A stretch of 64,000 nt of DNA, taken from NCBI GenBank assembly GCA_964291315.2, contig OZ219752.1, forward strand, positions 224,001 to 288,000. Direction: 5' to 3'. The notes beneath the pieces were generated by a model. The model searched no databases. It was given only the letters and a program-made list of their open reading frames with translations, and was not told the origin of the DNA. The stretch is from Candidatus Poribacteria bacterium. Its GTDB lineage: Bacteria; Poribacteria; WGA-4E; WGA-3G. The position numbers and the translations under genes are program-made. Positions 1 through 8,026 of the stretch are shown piece by piece (within the stretch, counting starts at the first letter, position 1; each line of letters begins with the position of its first letter).

Positions 1-22
1 GTTGATAGTGAAGTAATCGGCT

Positions 23-102
23 GTAGCATAACCTGTTAGGTTGTGCATTGTGTCACGGTTGCTTGTAAGGATTTACTTGTGGCATAACCTGTTAGGTTGT
101 GC
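23..102. repeat. Two copies of the palindromic REP-like element GT(A/G)GCATAACCTGTTAGGTTGTGC (23-46, 79-102)
   Basis: Hairpin GCATAACCT-GTT-AGGTTGTGC preceded by GTAG/GTGG; further single copies at 2266-2290 and 31828-31852. Confidence 0.8.
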
Positions 103-127
103 GTTGTATCAAAAATATTAAATATAA

Positions 128-1357
128 ATGAAAAGACGGAGAAATGGTGTGAGAAGGACAGTGTTTGTTCTGTCAACTGTTGCGGTGCTGATGTTTTCGG
201 TTGTTCAGTTAGCAGCGGCACAATGGAAGGCGAACCATGTAACGAATCAGACAGATGAGAGTTTGTATGTGATCCATTCGACGTGGCGTCCTGCAAAGGA
301 CAATATTCCGAGCGGATTTCGGACGCGCGGATATTATCATCTGTTGGCGGGTGAGACTCGGAAGTTTTATGCGTGGTCAGACAATAGCATCTATTTCCGC
401 ATCCTTCGTTCGGACCAGGCGATAAAACCGAACGTTAATGAGGTGACGTTTGGGTTTTGGGTTCATCCGTCTCGCGCGTTTATGATAGTCTCGGACGAGC
501 TGAGTGCTGCTGTGAAGTTGTCTGATTTGAGTTATGTGAATCGTCCTCGCGATGGTTTTGTTCGCGAGGATGGTTTTATGAAGTATTCGAATGGTTCTGT
601 TGTGAATATCACGTCGGGTTGGGTGTCCGTGGTTCCGGATGCGCCAGTCCCGGATGCGCCGGACGCTGGCGGCGTTGTAGATCTGCCGGGTGCTCCGCCC
701 GAGGGCATGGTATTGATTCCAGCGGGTACATTTCAGATGGGTAGCAACAGTGGTAGAGGCCATGAAAAACCCGTTCATTCTGTGTCTATAGATGCGTTTT
801 ATATGGATACACATGAAGTAACAAACGCAGAATACACGGTGTTTCTCAATGCGAAGGGCAAACATGCCGATGCGGGTCAGATATGGTTGGATATCGGCGG
901 TTTCGGCACGCGCATTGAGCTTGTAGCGGGTGCGTACCGTTCTATGTCGGAGTATACGAATCATCCTGTCGTTAACGTAAGTTGGTATGGTGCGATGGCG
1001 TATGCTGCGTGGGCAGGCAAACGGCTGCCGACGGAAGCGGAGTGGGAGTATGCGGCTCGCGGCGGTTTAGCCGGTAAGAAGTATCCATGGGGCAACACGA
1101 TAGACTCCAGTCGTGCCAATTATGATGATCATAAAAAATTTTTTGAAACAACAGAAGTGGGTTCATATCCAGCGAATGGGTATGGTTTGCACGATATGAC
1201 GGGGAATGTCTGGGAATGGTGCTTAGATGAGTATGACAGGGGGTTCTACGCCAGTTCTCCTGCTCAGAATCCCCTATCGGGTTCCCCCGATATTCAGACG
1301 TTATTAGATACCTACACCTCAATTAAATGGTTTGGTGTCTTGCGTGGCGGCTCCTAG
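128..1357 (+). CDS. Secreted FGE-sulfatase (SUMF1/CLec-fold) domain protein, C-terminally truncated
   Basis: Signal peptide, unknown N-domain, Pro-rich linker, then MVLIPAGTFQMGS, RLPTEAEWEYAARGG, NGYGLHDMTGNVWEW; stops at VLRGGS-TAG before the usual W...GFRC tail. Confidence 0.85.
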   Translation: MKRRRNGVRRTVFVLSTVAVLMFSVVQLAAAQWKANHVTNQTDESLYVIHSTWRPAKDNIPSGFRTRGYYHLLAGETRKFYAWSDNSIYFRILRSDQAIKPNVNEVTFGFWVHPSRAFMIVSDELSAAVKLSDLSYVNRPRDGFVREDGFMKYSNGSVVNITSGWVSVVPDAPVPDAPDAGGVVDLPGAPPEGMVLIPAGTFQMGSNSGRGHEKPVHSVSIDAFYMDTHEVTNAEYTVFLNAKGKHADAGQIWLDIGGFGTRIELVAGAYRSMSEYTNHPVVNVSWYGAMAYAAWAGKRLPTEAEWEYAARGGLAGKKYPWGNTIDSSRANYDDHKKFFETTEVGSYPANGYGLHDMTGNVWEWCLDEYDRGFYASSPAQNPLSGSPDIQTLLDTYTSIKWFGVLRGGS

Positions 1358-2077
1358 ATGGGCAGCAACGACGCAGATTCTCTTGAGCACGAGCAGCCCG
1401 TTCATACTGTCTACGTAGATGCGTTTTATATGGACACGCATGAAGTGACGAACGCAGATTTCCAGCGATTTGTGTTGGCGAACCCGCAGTGGCAGAAGAG
1501 CCGTATTCCGCGCAACTTACACACTGGGTACTACCTATCTCATTGGGATGATGATAACAACTACCCTGCGGACAAGGCGAACCATCCTGTCGTTGAAGTG
1601 AGTTGGTATGCTGCGGTGGCTTATGCTGCGTGGGCAGGCAAACGGCTGCCGACGGAAGCGGAGTGGGAGTATGCGGCTCGCGGCGGACTCGCCGGGAAGA
1701 AATATCCATGGGGAGATACGATTGACATAAGTCATGCGAACTACGGCAATGAGGTCCGTGGGACGACACCGGTAGGGCATTATGCGCCGAATGGGTATGG
1801 TCTCTATGATATGGCCGGGAATGTCGATGAATGGTGCTTAGATGAGTATGACGAGGGGTTTTACGCCAGTTCTCCTGCTCAGAATCCCCTATCGGGTTCC
1901 CCCGATATTCAGACGTTATTAGATAACTATACATCAGCTGGACTGTTCCACGTCTTGCGTGGCGGCTCCTGGGACATCGCAGCTGAGGGCGTGCGGGTCT
2001 CCGAGCGCTACTCCCTTCCACCGTCGTACACGAACGGCGGTGCCGGATTTCGTTGCGCATGGTCTGTATCCCCTTGA
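1358..2077 (+). CDS. FGE-sulfatase (CLec-fold) domain protein lacking its N-terminus
   Basis: Starts at MGSND directly after the TAG of the previous ORF, same frame; RLPTEAEWE, RGGSW...GFRCA; no RBS or signal peptide. Confidence 0.8.
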   Translation: MGSNDADSLEHEQPVHTVYVDAFYMDTHEVTNADFQRFVLANPQWQKSRIPRNLHTGYYLSHWDDDNNYPADKANHPVVEVSWYAAVAYAAWAGKRLPTEAEWEYAARGGLAGKKYPWGDTIDISHANYGNEVRGTTPVGHYAPNGYGLYDMAGNVDEWCLDEYDEGFYASSPAQNPLSGSPDIQTLLDNYTSAGLFHVLRGGSWDIAAEGVRVSERYSLPPSYTNGGAGFRCAWSVSP

Positions 2078-2121
2078 ATCTTTTATTCATTAACATCTGA
2101 TATGAGATAAAATATACCCTC

Positions 2122-2217
2122 AGGGCGTGATAGCAGGTAGGTTTCTGCTGACAGCTATCATGCCCCTTTTATTGCTGCCTGGAGGAGGAAACTCCGATTT
2201 CCGATGACACAATAGAT
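2122..2217 (+). repeat. ~95-bp repeat with terminator-like hairpin (copy 1; copy 2 at 3432-3527)
   Basis: GGGCGTGATAGC...GCTATCATGCCC followed by TTTT; near-identical to 3432-3527. Confidence 0.75.
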
Positions 2218-2368
2218 ACTAAGTGTGCTATAATAGTCATAACGGGAAGGCGACGGCAGTGCCTTGTTGCATAACCTGTCAGGTTGTGCAACTTAACCCC
2301 GATTTTACACCGATCCCGCTATGCAGGTGTGGGCAATCCAACAATCAACGCATGAAACGAGGTGAAAC

Positions 2369-3238
2369 ATGTCTAAATGGAAATTGACAACCGTTGTTTT
2401 AATAAGTGTCACTCTCTGTAGCTGCCCCCAATCAAAAGAGATAAATAACAGAACTCAGGAGGACACCGCTCCTATGGGCATGGTGTTGATCCCTGCGGGC
2501 GATTTTCAGATGGGCAGCAACGATGCAGACTCTGACTCGGATGAGCAGCCCATTCATACCGTCTACGTGGATGCGTTCTATATAGATACGCATGAAGTGA
2601 CAAATTTGGACTTCAAGCGTTTTGTGTTGGCGAACCCGCAGTGGCAGAAGAGCCGGATTCCAAGCAGTTTACACACTGGAAACTACCTATCTCAGTGGGA
2701 TGATGATAACAACTACCCTGCGGGCAAGGCGAACCATCCGGTGGTGTATGTGAGTTGGTATGCTGCTGTGGCGTATGCGAAGTGGGCAGGCAAACGGCTG
2801 CCGACGGAGGCGGAGTGGGAGAGAGCTGCGCGCGGTGGCAAGTCTGGGCTGAAGTATCCCTGGGGAAACACGATTAGCAGCACACAAGCGAACTACGTCT
2901 TTAATGTCGGTGGGACGACGGCAGTGGGTGTGTATCCCGCGAATGGGTATGGTCTGTATGATATGGTGGGGAATGTCTGGGAGTGGTGTCTGGATGCGTA
3001 TAACAAGGACTACTATTTTAGTTCGCCGTCTCGTAATCCGCTGTCAGACGTAAATACGTTATCCAATGCAGACCTGATATTAGATAACTATACACAAATA
3101 AAGTCATCCCGCGTCTTGCGTGGCGGCTCCTGGTACTATGCAGCACGGGACGTGCGGGTCGCCGACCGCTACGACGATGCGCCAACGAGCACGTTCAACG
3201 ACTTCGGTTTTCGTTGTGCGAGGTCTGTATCGCCCTGA
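2369..3238 (+). CDS. FGE-sulfatase (CLec-fold) domain lipoprotein
   Basis: RBS GAGGTG; lipobox-like TLCSC; complete FGE-sulfatase motifs; lacks the catalytic Cys pair of true FGE. Confidence 0.9.
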   Translation: MSKWKLTTVVLISVTLCSCPQSKEINNRTQEDTAPMGMVLIPAGDFQMGSNDADSDSDEQPIHTVYVDAFYIDTHEVTNLDFKRFVLANPQWQKSRIPSSLHTGNYLSQWDDDNNYPAGKANHPVVYVSWYAAVAYAKWAGKRLPTEAEWERAARGGKSGLKYPWGNTISSTQANYVFNVGGTTAVGVYPANGYGLYDMVGNVWEWCLDAYNKDYYFSSPSRNPLSDVNTLSNADLILDNYTQIKSSRVLRGGSWYYAARDVRVADRYDDAPTSTFNDFGFRCARSVSP

Positions 3239-3431
3239 GTCTTAAATACTTAACATATTTTACTCTACGCCTGCAATGCAGGCGTTTGCGGCCCAAAATC
3301 AGTGTTTTACTTAACTGATGATTACTGATTGAATAGATTCTCAAAATGCCAGCTTCCACAGTTCAAGCCGTTCCTCTCTCCTAAGGGCTTAGAAGTTTCC
3401 GCTCGGTGGAGTTGAGCCAAAGATACAATCC

Positions 3432-3527
3432 GGGGCGTGGTGGCAGGTAGGCTTCTGCTGACAGCTAGCACGTCCCTTTTATTGCTGCCTGCAGGAGGAA
3501 ACTCCAACTTCCGACGACACAATAGAT
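3432..3527 (+). repeat. ~95-bp repeat copy 2, terminator-like hairpin
   Basis: GGGGCGTGGTGGC...GCTAGCACGTCCC TTTT; matches 2122-2217. Confidence 0.75.
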
Positions 3528-3614
3528 GCCAACTGTGTAAACAGGAAGCCTACATCCGGTTTAGGAGAGAGTCCTCTGCACAACATAAACAGGCACCAAA
3601 CTTTATACCGACAC

Positions 3615-5003
3615 TCAACCCTGCACCGGCAACCACATCAAGACCGTCGTCCCTTCACCCTGAACGCTCTCAATTTCAACGCGTCCGCCGTGTTCATCGA
3701 ATATCCGTTTCACGTTTGCCAATCCGAGGCCGGTGCCTTTCGTTTTTCGAGTAAAAAACGGCTCAAAGAGATGTTCTAAATCCGCTTCTGGTATTCCTGC
3801 TCCTGTATCCTCTACCTTTATGCAGACGCTGTCATTTTCTGTAAAGGTAGTCACTTTCAGTACCCCTCCTTGTGGCATCGCCTCTATTGCATTCAGGACA
3901 ACGTTCATAAACGCCTGCTTCAATTTATCTGAATCAAATTTAGCCTCTGGGGTTTCGGGTGACAACCGTAGCATCAACTGAATCTGATGGTGTGCCAAGT
4001 TGGCTGCCATCACGTCTAAAATGCCCTGCAGGAGCGGCGCGATAGGTTGTCGCTTGAGGGTAAGGGCTGTCGGACGCGAAAAGTCCATCAACCCTTTGAC
4101 GATGGCATCGATTCGCTCAATCTCTTCAAGAATAAAGCGGAGCGATTGTTGATGTTTTTCCGTTGCCATATCGGGTTTCTTCATCAACATTTGTGCTAGC
4201 ATCCGCATAGATGAGAGTGGGTTTCGAATCTCGTGTGCAAACGAAGCGGACATTTTTCCGGCTGTCGCCAAACGTTCGGCTTGAATTAGTTGGTCCCTTG
4301 ACTGTTTTAGGTCTAGGGTCATCTGATTGAACGCAGCAGCGAGGTCTCCGATCTCGTCGTGTGTTTTAAGTTCACACTGTTCATCTAAGTTGCCTGCGGC
4401 GACGCGCGCAGTGGAATCGACTAGCACCTTGATTGGAGTTGTCAGATTTTTTCCAATCTGTTGACTCATAAACGCGACCAAGACAAGAACGAGAATGGCG
4501 ATGCTGAACATATACCATGTGAACGTCTGTTTTGCTTCGGCGATTGCTTCTAGCGGACGCAGCAAGCAGTAGAAACGCCCGAAGTCGAGCAGCAGATAAA
4601 AAACTTTATACGGTTTTCCCGCAAGCGTAACGTCCTGTGTAACGGATGTCTCGTCTGGGTTCTCGAAACGCTGCTTGACCTGATGGAGCCGCATTTTATC
4701 CGCCAAATTCGCCCAGTCCTGCTCTGCATCGGAGAGTTTGTCAAACGTATGATAGTTTAGCGTGTAATCGGAACCGAAGATCATAATTTCAACGCTGTAG
4801 GCGCGTTTAAGTTTTTCCTGATCTTGCTCAATATATCCTGTTTCCACGATGGTATCAAGCCATCCCTCTGTTTCGCGCGTAAATTGCTCGCTGTACTTCC
4901 AGGCAAAGATTTCAATGGCTACCCAAGGTAGTACAACAACGACCACGGCAAAAAGAAGCAGGAACGGAAGAACGATTTTCGTTTGAATGCTATATCGACG
5001 CAT
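3615..5003 (-). CDS. Membrane sensor histidine kinase (HAMP-HisKA-HATPase, NtrB/AtoS-like)
   Basis: Two TM segments, HAMP, FAHEIRNPL H-box, NAIEAM, DTGAGI, GTGLGL. Confidence 0.92.
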   Translation of the reverse strand: MRRYSIQTKIVLPFLLLFAVVVVVLPWVAIEIFAWKYSEQFTRETEGWLDTIVETGYIEQDQEKLKRAYSVEIMIFGSDYTLNYHTFDKLSDAEQDWANLADKMRLHQVKQRFENPDETSVTQDVTLAGKPYKVFYLLLDFGRFYCLLRPLEAIAEAKQTFTWYMFSIAILVLVLVAFMSQQIGKNLTTPIKVLVDSTARVAAGNLDEQCELKTHDEIGDLAAAFNQMTLDLKQSRDQLIQAERLATAGKMSASFAHEIRNPLSSMRMLAQMLMKKPDMATEKHQQSLRFILEEIERIDAIVKGLMDFSRPTALTLKRQPIAPLLQGILDVMAANLAHHQIQLMLRLSPETPEAKFDSDKLKQAFMNVVLNAIEAMPQGGVLKVTTFTENDSVCIKVEDTGAGIPEADLEHLFEPFFTRKTKGTGLGLANVKRIFDEHGGRVEIESVQGEGTTVLMWLPVQG

Positions 5004-5305
5004 CAGAATACCTTCTTTTGCTCACAACCAGGGACGACTTCTATAAGTTTCAACGCTGTTGTCAGTATACCCTAAGATGGTTAACGCGTCAATTTCGCAT
5101 TTGACGTCGCCCGTTCTTTGCACAACACCGACAAAAAGCAGTTGAATTTTAAATTGAACGAAAACTGCACTGAGTATGTCTAATAGGGAAAAAAAGGAAC
5201 TTTTTAGCAGTTAGGGTGTATAAATTTTGCCTCGTTGTTTCTATTTGATACTATGAAACGAAGGTTTTCAAACTTTAAATATTGTTCCCCATGGAGAAAA
5301 CACAA

Positions 5306-5965
5306 ATGACAAATAGGATAGAATTCCGTACTTCGCCTACGGACCTAGAACATGCAGACACAGATCTTGATCAGGCGTGTGAGGATGAACTGATTGAGCG
5401 TTTCCAGCGAGGTGACAGAGAAGCCCTCAATCCGCTTGTTCTGAAGTACCAAAAAAAGATATACAATTTCTTGTATCGGCGCATTCGCGATAGAGAAGCG
5501 GCAGAAGATCTCTGCCAAGAGGTGTTTTTGAAGGCATTTAAAGCGCTCCCTAATTTCAAGGGCGACTCCACGTTTTATAGTTGGATCTATAGGATCGCTA
5601 TCAATTGCAGTATAGATTTTCAACGTCAGCGAAACCGGGCCAAAGTTCTCACATTTGAAGAATTATCATTTGATGCCGATGAGGTGCTGAGAATGGTGGA
5701 TTCGGATCCGTCCCCGGAGACAATCACTGAAATGGAGGAGCTCGGGCACATCATTCGCAAGGCTGTGGAGAAACTTCCACCTGGCCAGCGGCGTGTCTTT
5801 AATCTGCGTCACCGGAGCGATCTTGCTATTAAAGAGATTGCGGCTTTGTTAAATAGGTCGGAGGGGACGGTTAAAGCGCACCTGCATCATGCACACCAGC
5901 GGTTGCGGAGCATGCTGCTTCCCTATTTGCAAAATCAATCGATCGAATGGCACACGGAAACTTAA
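5306..5965 (+). CDS. ECF RNA polymerase sigma-70 factor
   Basis: AEDLCQEVFLKAF, FYSWIYRIAIN, region 4 EIAALLNRSEGTVKAHLHHA; start chosen from the GGAGA RBS (5291 is an alternative). Confidence 0.9.
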   Translation: MTNRIEFRTSPTDLEHADTDLDQACEDELIERFQRGDREALNPLVLKYQKKIYNFLYRRIRDREAAEDLCQEVFLKAFKALPNFKGDSTFYSWIYRIAINCSIDFQRQRNRAKVLTFEELSFDADEVLRMVDSDPSPETITEMEELGHIIRKAVEKLPPGQRRVFNLRHRSDLAIKEIAALLNRSEGTVKAHLHHAHQRLRSMLLPYLQNQSIEWHTET

Positions 5966-6167
5966 TAAAGAGCTTCCTAAGAGGTCGGTGGGATTTCCAA
6001 ACCTCGACGTTTACGCTATGATTTTAATAAAAATAGATAGGTAGGTATACTGCTAGGCGGGAATTCGGCAGAAGTGTTCCCGTCTTTGCTTGTAGGACTT
6101 AGAGGTGTGTATCTACAACGTTGTCAGGTTTTCGTCTTCCGGAAAAACAGGGTGTATTTGATTTAAC

Positions 6168-6196
6168 TTGACAATTTTCCTGAAATATAGTATAAT
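6168..6196 (+). promoter_or_regulatory. Consensus sigma-70 promoter of the tRNA operon
   Basis: TTGACA-17 nt-TATAAT perfect match, 24 nt upstream of tRNA-Ser. Confidence 0.9.
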
Positions 6197-6219
6197 AATA
6201 TATAAACTTCAGAGCGTCA

Positions 6220-6304
6220 GGTGGGATGGCTGAGTGGACGAAAGCGGCGGTCTTGAAAACCGTTATGGCGTAAGCCATCGTGGGTTCGAATCCTACTCCC
6301 ACCG
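6220..6304 (+). tRNA. tRNA-Ser(TGA)
   Basis: GGTGGGA/TCCCACC acceptor stem, anticodon loop CT-TGA-AA, long variable arm, GTTCGAATC. Confidence 0.95.
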
Positions 6305-6311
6305 CTGTTAA

Positions 6312-6396
6312 GGAGAGGTGCAGGAGTGGTTGAACTGGACTGCCTGCTAAGCAGTTATGGCGTAAGCCATCGTGGGTTCGAATCCCACCCTCTCCG
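6312..6396 (+). tRNA. tRNA-Ser(GCT)
   Basis: GGAGAGG/CCTCTCC, ACTGC-CT-GCT-AA-GCAGT, long variable arm. Confidence 0.95.
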
Positions 6397-6407
6397 TTCT
6401 ACAATAT

Positions 6408-6481
6408 GCGCCTGTAGCTCAGTGGATTAGAGCATCTGACTACGGATCAGAAGGCCGGGGGTTCGAATCCTCTCAGGCGCT
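6408..6481 (+). tRNA. tRNA-Arg(ACG)
   Basis: GCGCCTG/CAGGCGC, TCTGA-CT-ACG-GA-TCAGA. Confidence 0.95.
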
Positions 6482-6505
6482 TTCAAATCTTATATTGGAC
6501 AAAAT

Positions 6506-6961
6506 TTGGATCGCGATGTCTTTTGGATGCAGCAAGCAGTTGAATTAGCGCAACAAGCGGCAGAAAAGAGCGAAGTTCCAGTCGCCGCAATTCTAATTAA
6601 AGAGGACAGTTTAATTGCGCAAGCTCACAATTTGCGTGAGTCCTGTGGCAGCCCCATCGCTCATGCAGAAATATTGGTGATGCAAGCGGCGGCTGAAAAA
6701 ATTAGGAATTGGCGTTTTACTGACACAACTTTGTATGTGACCTTGGAGCCTTGCCCGATGTGTGCTGGAGCTATTGTGTTAGCTCGAATTCCAAAGGTTG
6801 TTTATGCTGCAGCAGATCCGAAATCCGGGGCAGCCGGAACGCTCTATAACATTCTACAAGATGACCGTTTGAATCATCGGGTTGAATTAGTGAGTGGTGT
6901 ATTAGCAGAGGAGAGTAGTGCACTTCTGAAGTCCTTCTTCCAAAAACGTCGCCGGAGATAA
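6506..6961 (+). CDS. tadA: tRNA adenosine(34) deaminase
   Basis: HAE and TLEPCPMCAGA zinc motifs, DPKSGAAG, FFQKRR end. Confidence 0.95.
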   Translation: MDRDVFWMQQAVELAQQAAEKSEVPVAAILIKEDSLIAQAHNLRESCGSPIAHAEILVMQAAAEKIRNWRFTDTTLYVTLEPCPMCAGAIVLARIPKVVYAAADPKSGAAGTLYNILQDDRLNHRVELVSGVLAEESSALLKSFFQKRRRR

Positions 6962-7103
6962 AAATGAATAATAGGCGGAAGCGGGAGTCTAAACGAGGTT
7001 TACTGTGCTGCCAGGACATCTCATCATAGCACCTCTAGTAATCTCATAAATCATGTTTCAGATATTCATCGGTGGGCGACAATCGAAGGTCCATAGTCAA
7101 TGC

Positions 7104-7188
7104 GGAGAGATGCAGGAGTGGTTGAACTGGACAGTCTCGAAAACTGTTGTGGCGCAAGTCACCGTGGGTTCGAATCCCACTCTCTCCG
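7104..7188 (+). tRNA. tRNA-Ser(CGA)
   Basis: GGAGAGA/TCTCTCC, ACAGT-CT-CGA-AA-ACTGT, long variable arm. Confidence 0.95.
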
Positions 7189-7264
7189 TTTTTAAGTATT
7201 TGTTACGTGAATCGTAGTGTTCGAAGAGTTAATTGCTGTCAGATGATTAAGTCTTTCAGTCTGT

Positions 7265-7337
7265 GGGGCAGTAGCTCAGTTGGGAGAGCGCATCCCTCGC
7301 ACGGATGAGGTCACGGGTTCAAATCCCGTCTGCTCCA
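7265..7337 (+). tRNA. tRNA-Ala(CGC)
   Basis: GGGGCAG/CTGCTCC with G3:U70, CATCC-CT-CGC-AC-GGATG. Confidence 0.95.
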
Positions 7338-7476
7338 TTTTTCTTTAGATCGTCTATTTCATGTTGTTTAAGAAGTGTTGATAAGAAGTGATTTGTAGCG
7401 TGAAACTTACCGCAATTCTCATAAGTCGTACTAATCGCTGTCCGCCTCTGTGCTTCATGAGATAAATATATTTTAT

Positions 7477-7568
7477 GGAGAGATGCAGGAGTTGGTTGAA
7501 CTGGCATGACTGGAAATCATGTGTGCTGTTTTGCAGTACCGTGGGTTCGAATCCCACTCTCTCCGCCA
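7477..7568 (+). tRNA. tRNA-Ser(GGA)
   Basis: GGAGAGA/TCTCTCC-G-CCA, CATGA-CT-GGA-AA-TCATG. Confidence 0.95.
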
Positions 7569-7684
7569 CTTTTAATGCAGAATTCTTGTAGCTATTAGCG
7601 TGTGGGCGTAGCAAGCTTAGATGTCCACCGGTTAGGCAGCAGGGAGCAGACTCGCTTTTTAACTATTCAGATAATTAACGTCTT

Positions 7685-7954
7685 GACTATGCTAGGTGGG
7701 GAGGTAGCGGTGCCCTGTATCTGCAATCCGCTAAAGCAGGACTGAATCCCTAGCATGCGGCCTGTTTCTGTGGGGCCTGTCCTATGCACGTGGTGTTGAT
7801 AGTTGGGTCTTGAGCAACGAGTGCTTGTTGAACCCCGTCAGGTCCGGAAGGAAGCAGCGGTAGGTAGGTTACTCGTGTGACGCAAGGGTGCCTGACTTGA
7901 GCTAACGACGTAGGCAACGCTCGGAGAAGCTTGTCAACTCTGGGTGCATAGTCA
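7685..7954 (+). ncRNA. ffs: Signal recognition particle RNA, large (Alu-domain, Bacillus scRNA-type)
   Basis: Helix 8 motif TCAGGTCCGGAAGGAAGCAGC; 5' Alu-like GGGGAGGTAGCGGTGCCCTG; terminal pairing GACTATGC/GCATAGTC; located upstream of dnaX. Confidence 0.92.
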
Positions 7955-8026
7955 ACTTTGAGGCGTGTTAATCGGACTGGCAACCCCCAATTCCGGAGTT
8001 CATGTCGTTTAAGGAAGGATTGTGCG

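Noticed and set aside
23-102. CRISPR array
   Set aside because: Only two units are visible, the same palindrome occurs singly elsewhere, and there are no cas genes; REP-like is more parsimonious
1355-1357. Pyrrolysine codon
   Set aside because: No pyl genes are in view and the TAG is explained by a deletion junction between paralogs
128-3238. True formylglycine-generating enzymes or EgtB/SenA
   Set aside because: The catalytic Cys pair after RGGS and the DinB/HxxxH domain are absent; no sulfatase is adjacent
6099-7983. Short minus-strand ORFs (6099-6302, 7319-7507, 7354-7614, 7750-7983)
   Set aside because: Antisense shadows of tRNA and SRP RNA genes
7958-8026. N-terminal extension of DnaX from TTG
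   Set aside because: ATG at 8027 has an RBS and gives the canonical MSY.VLA.KWRP start
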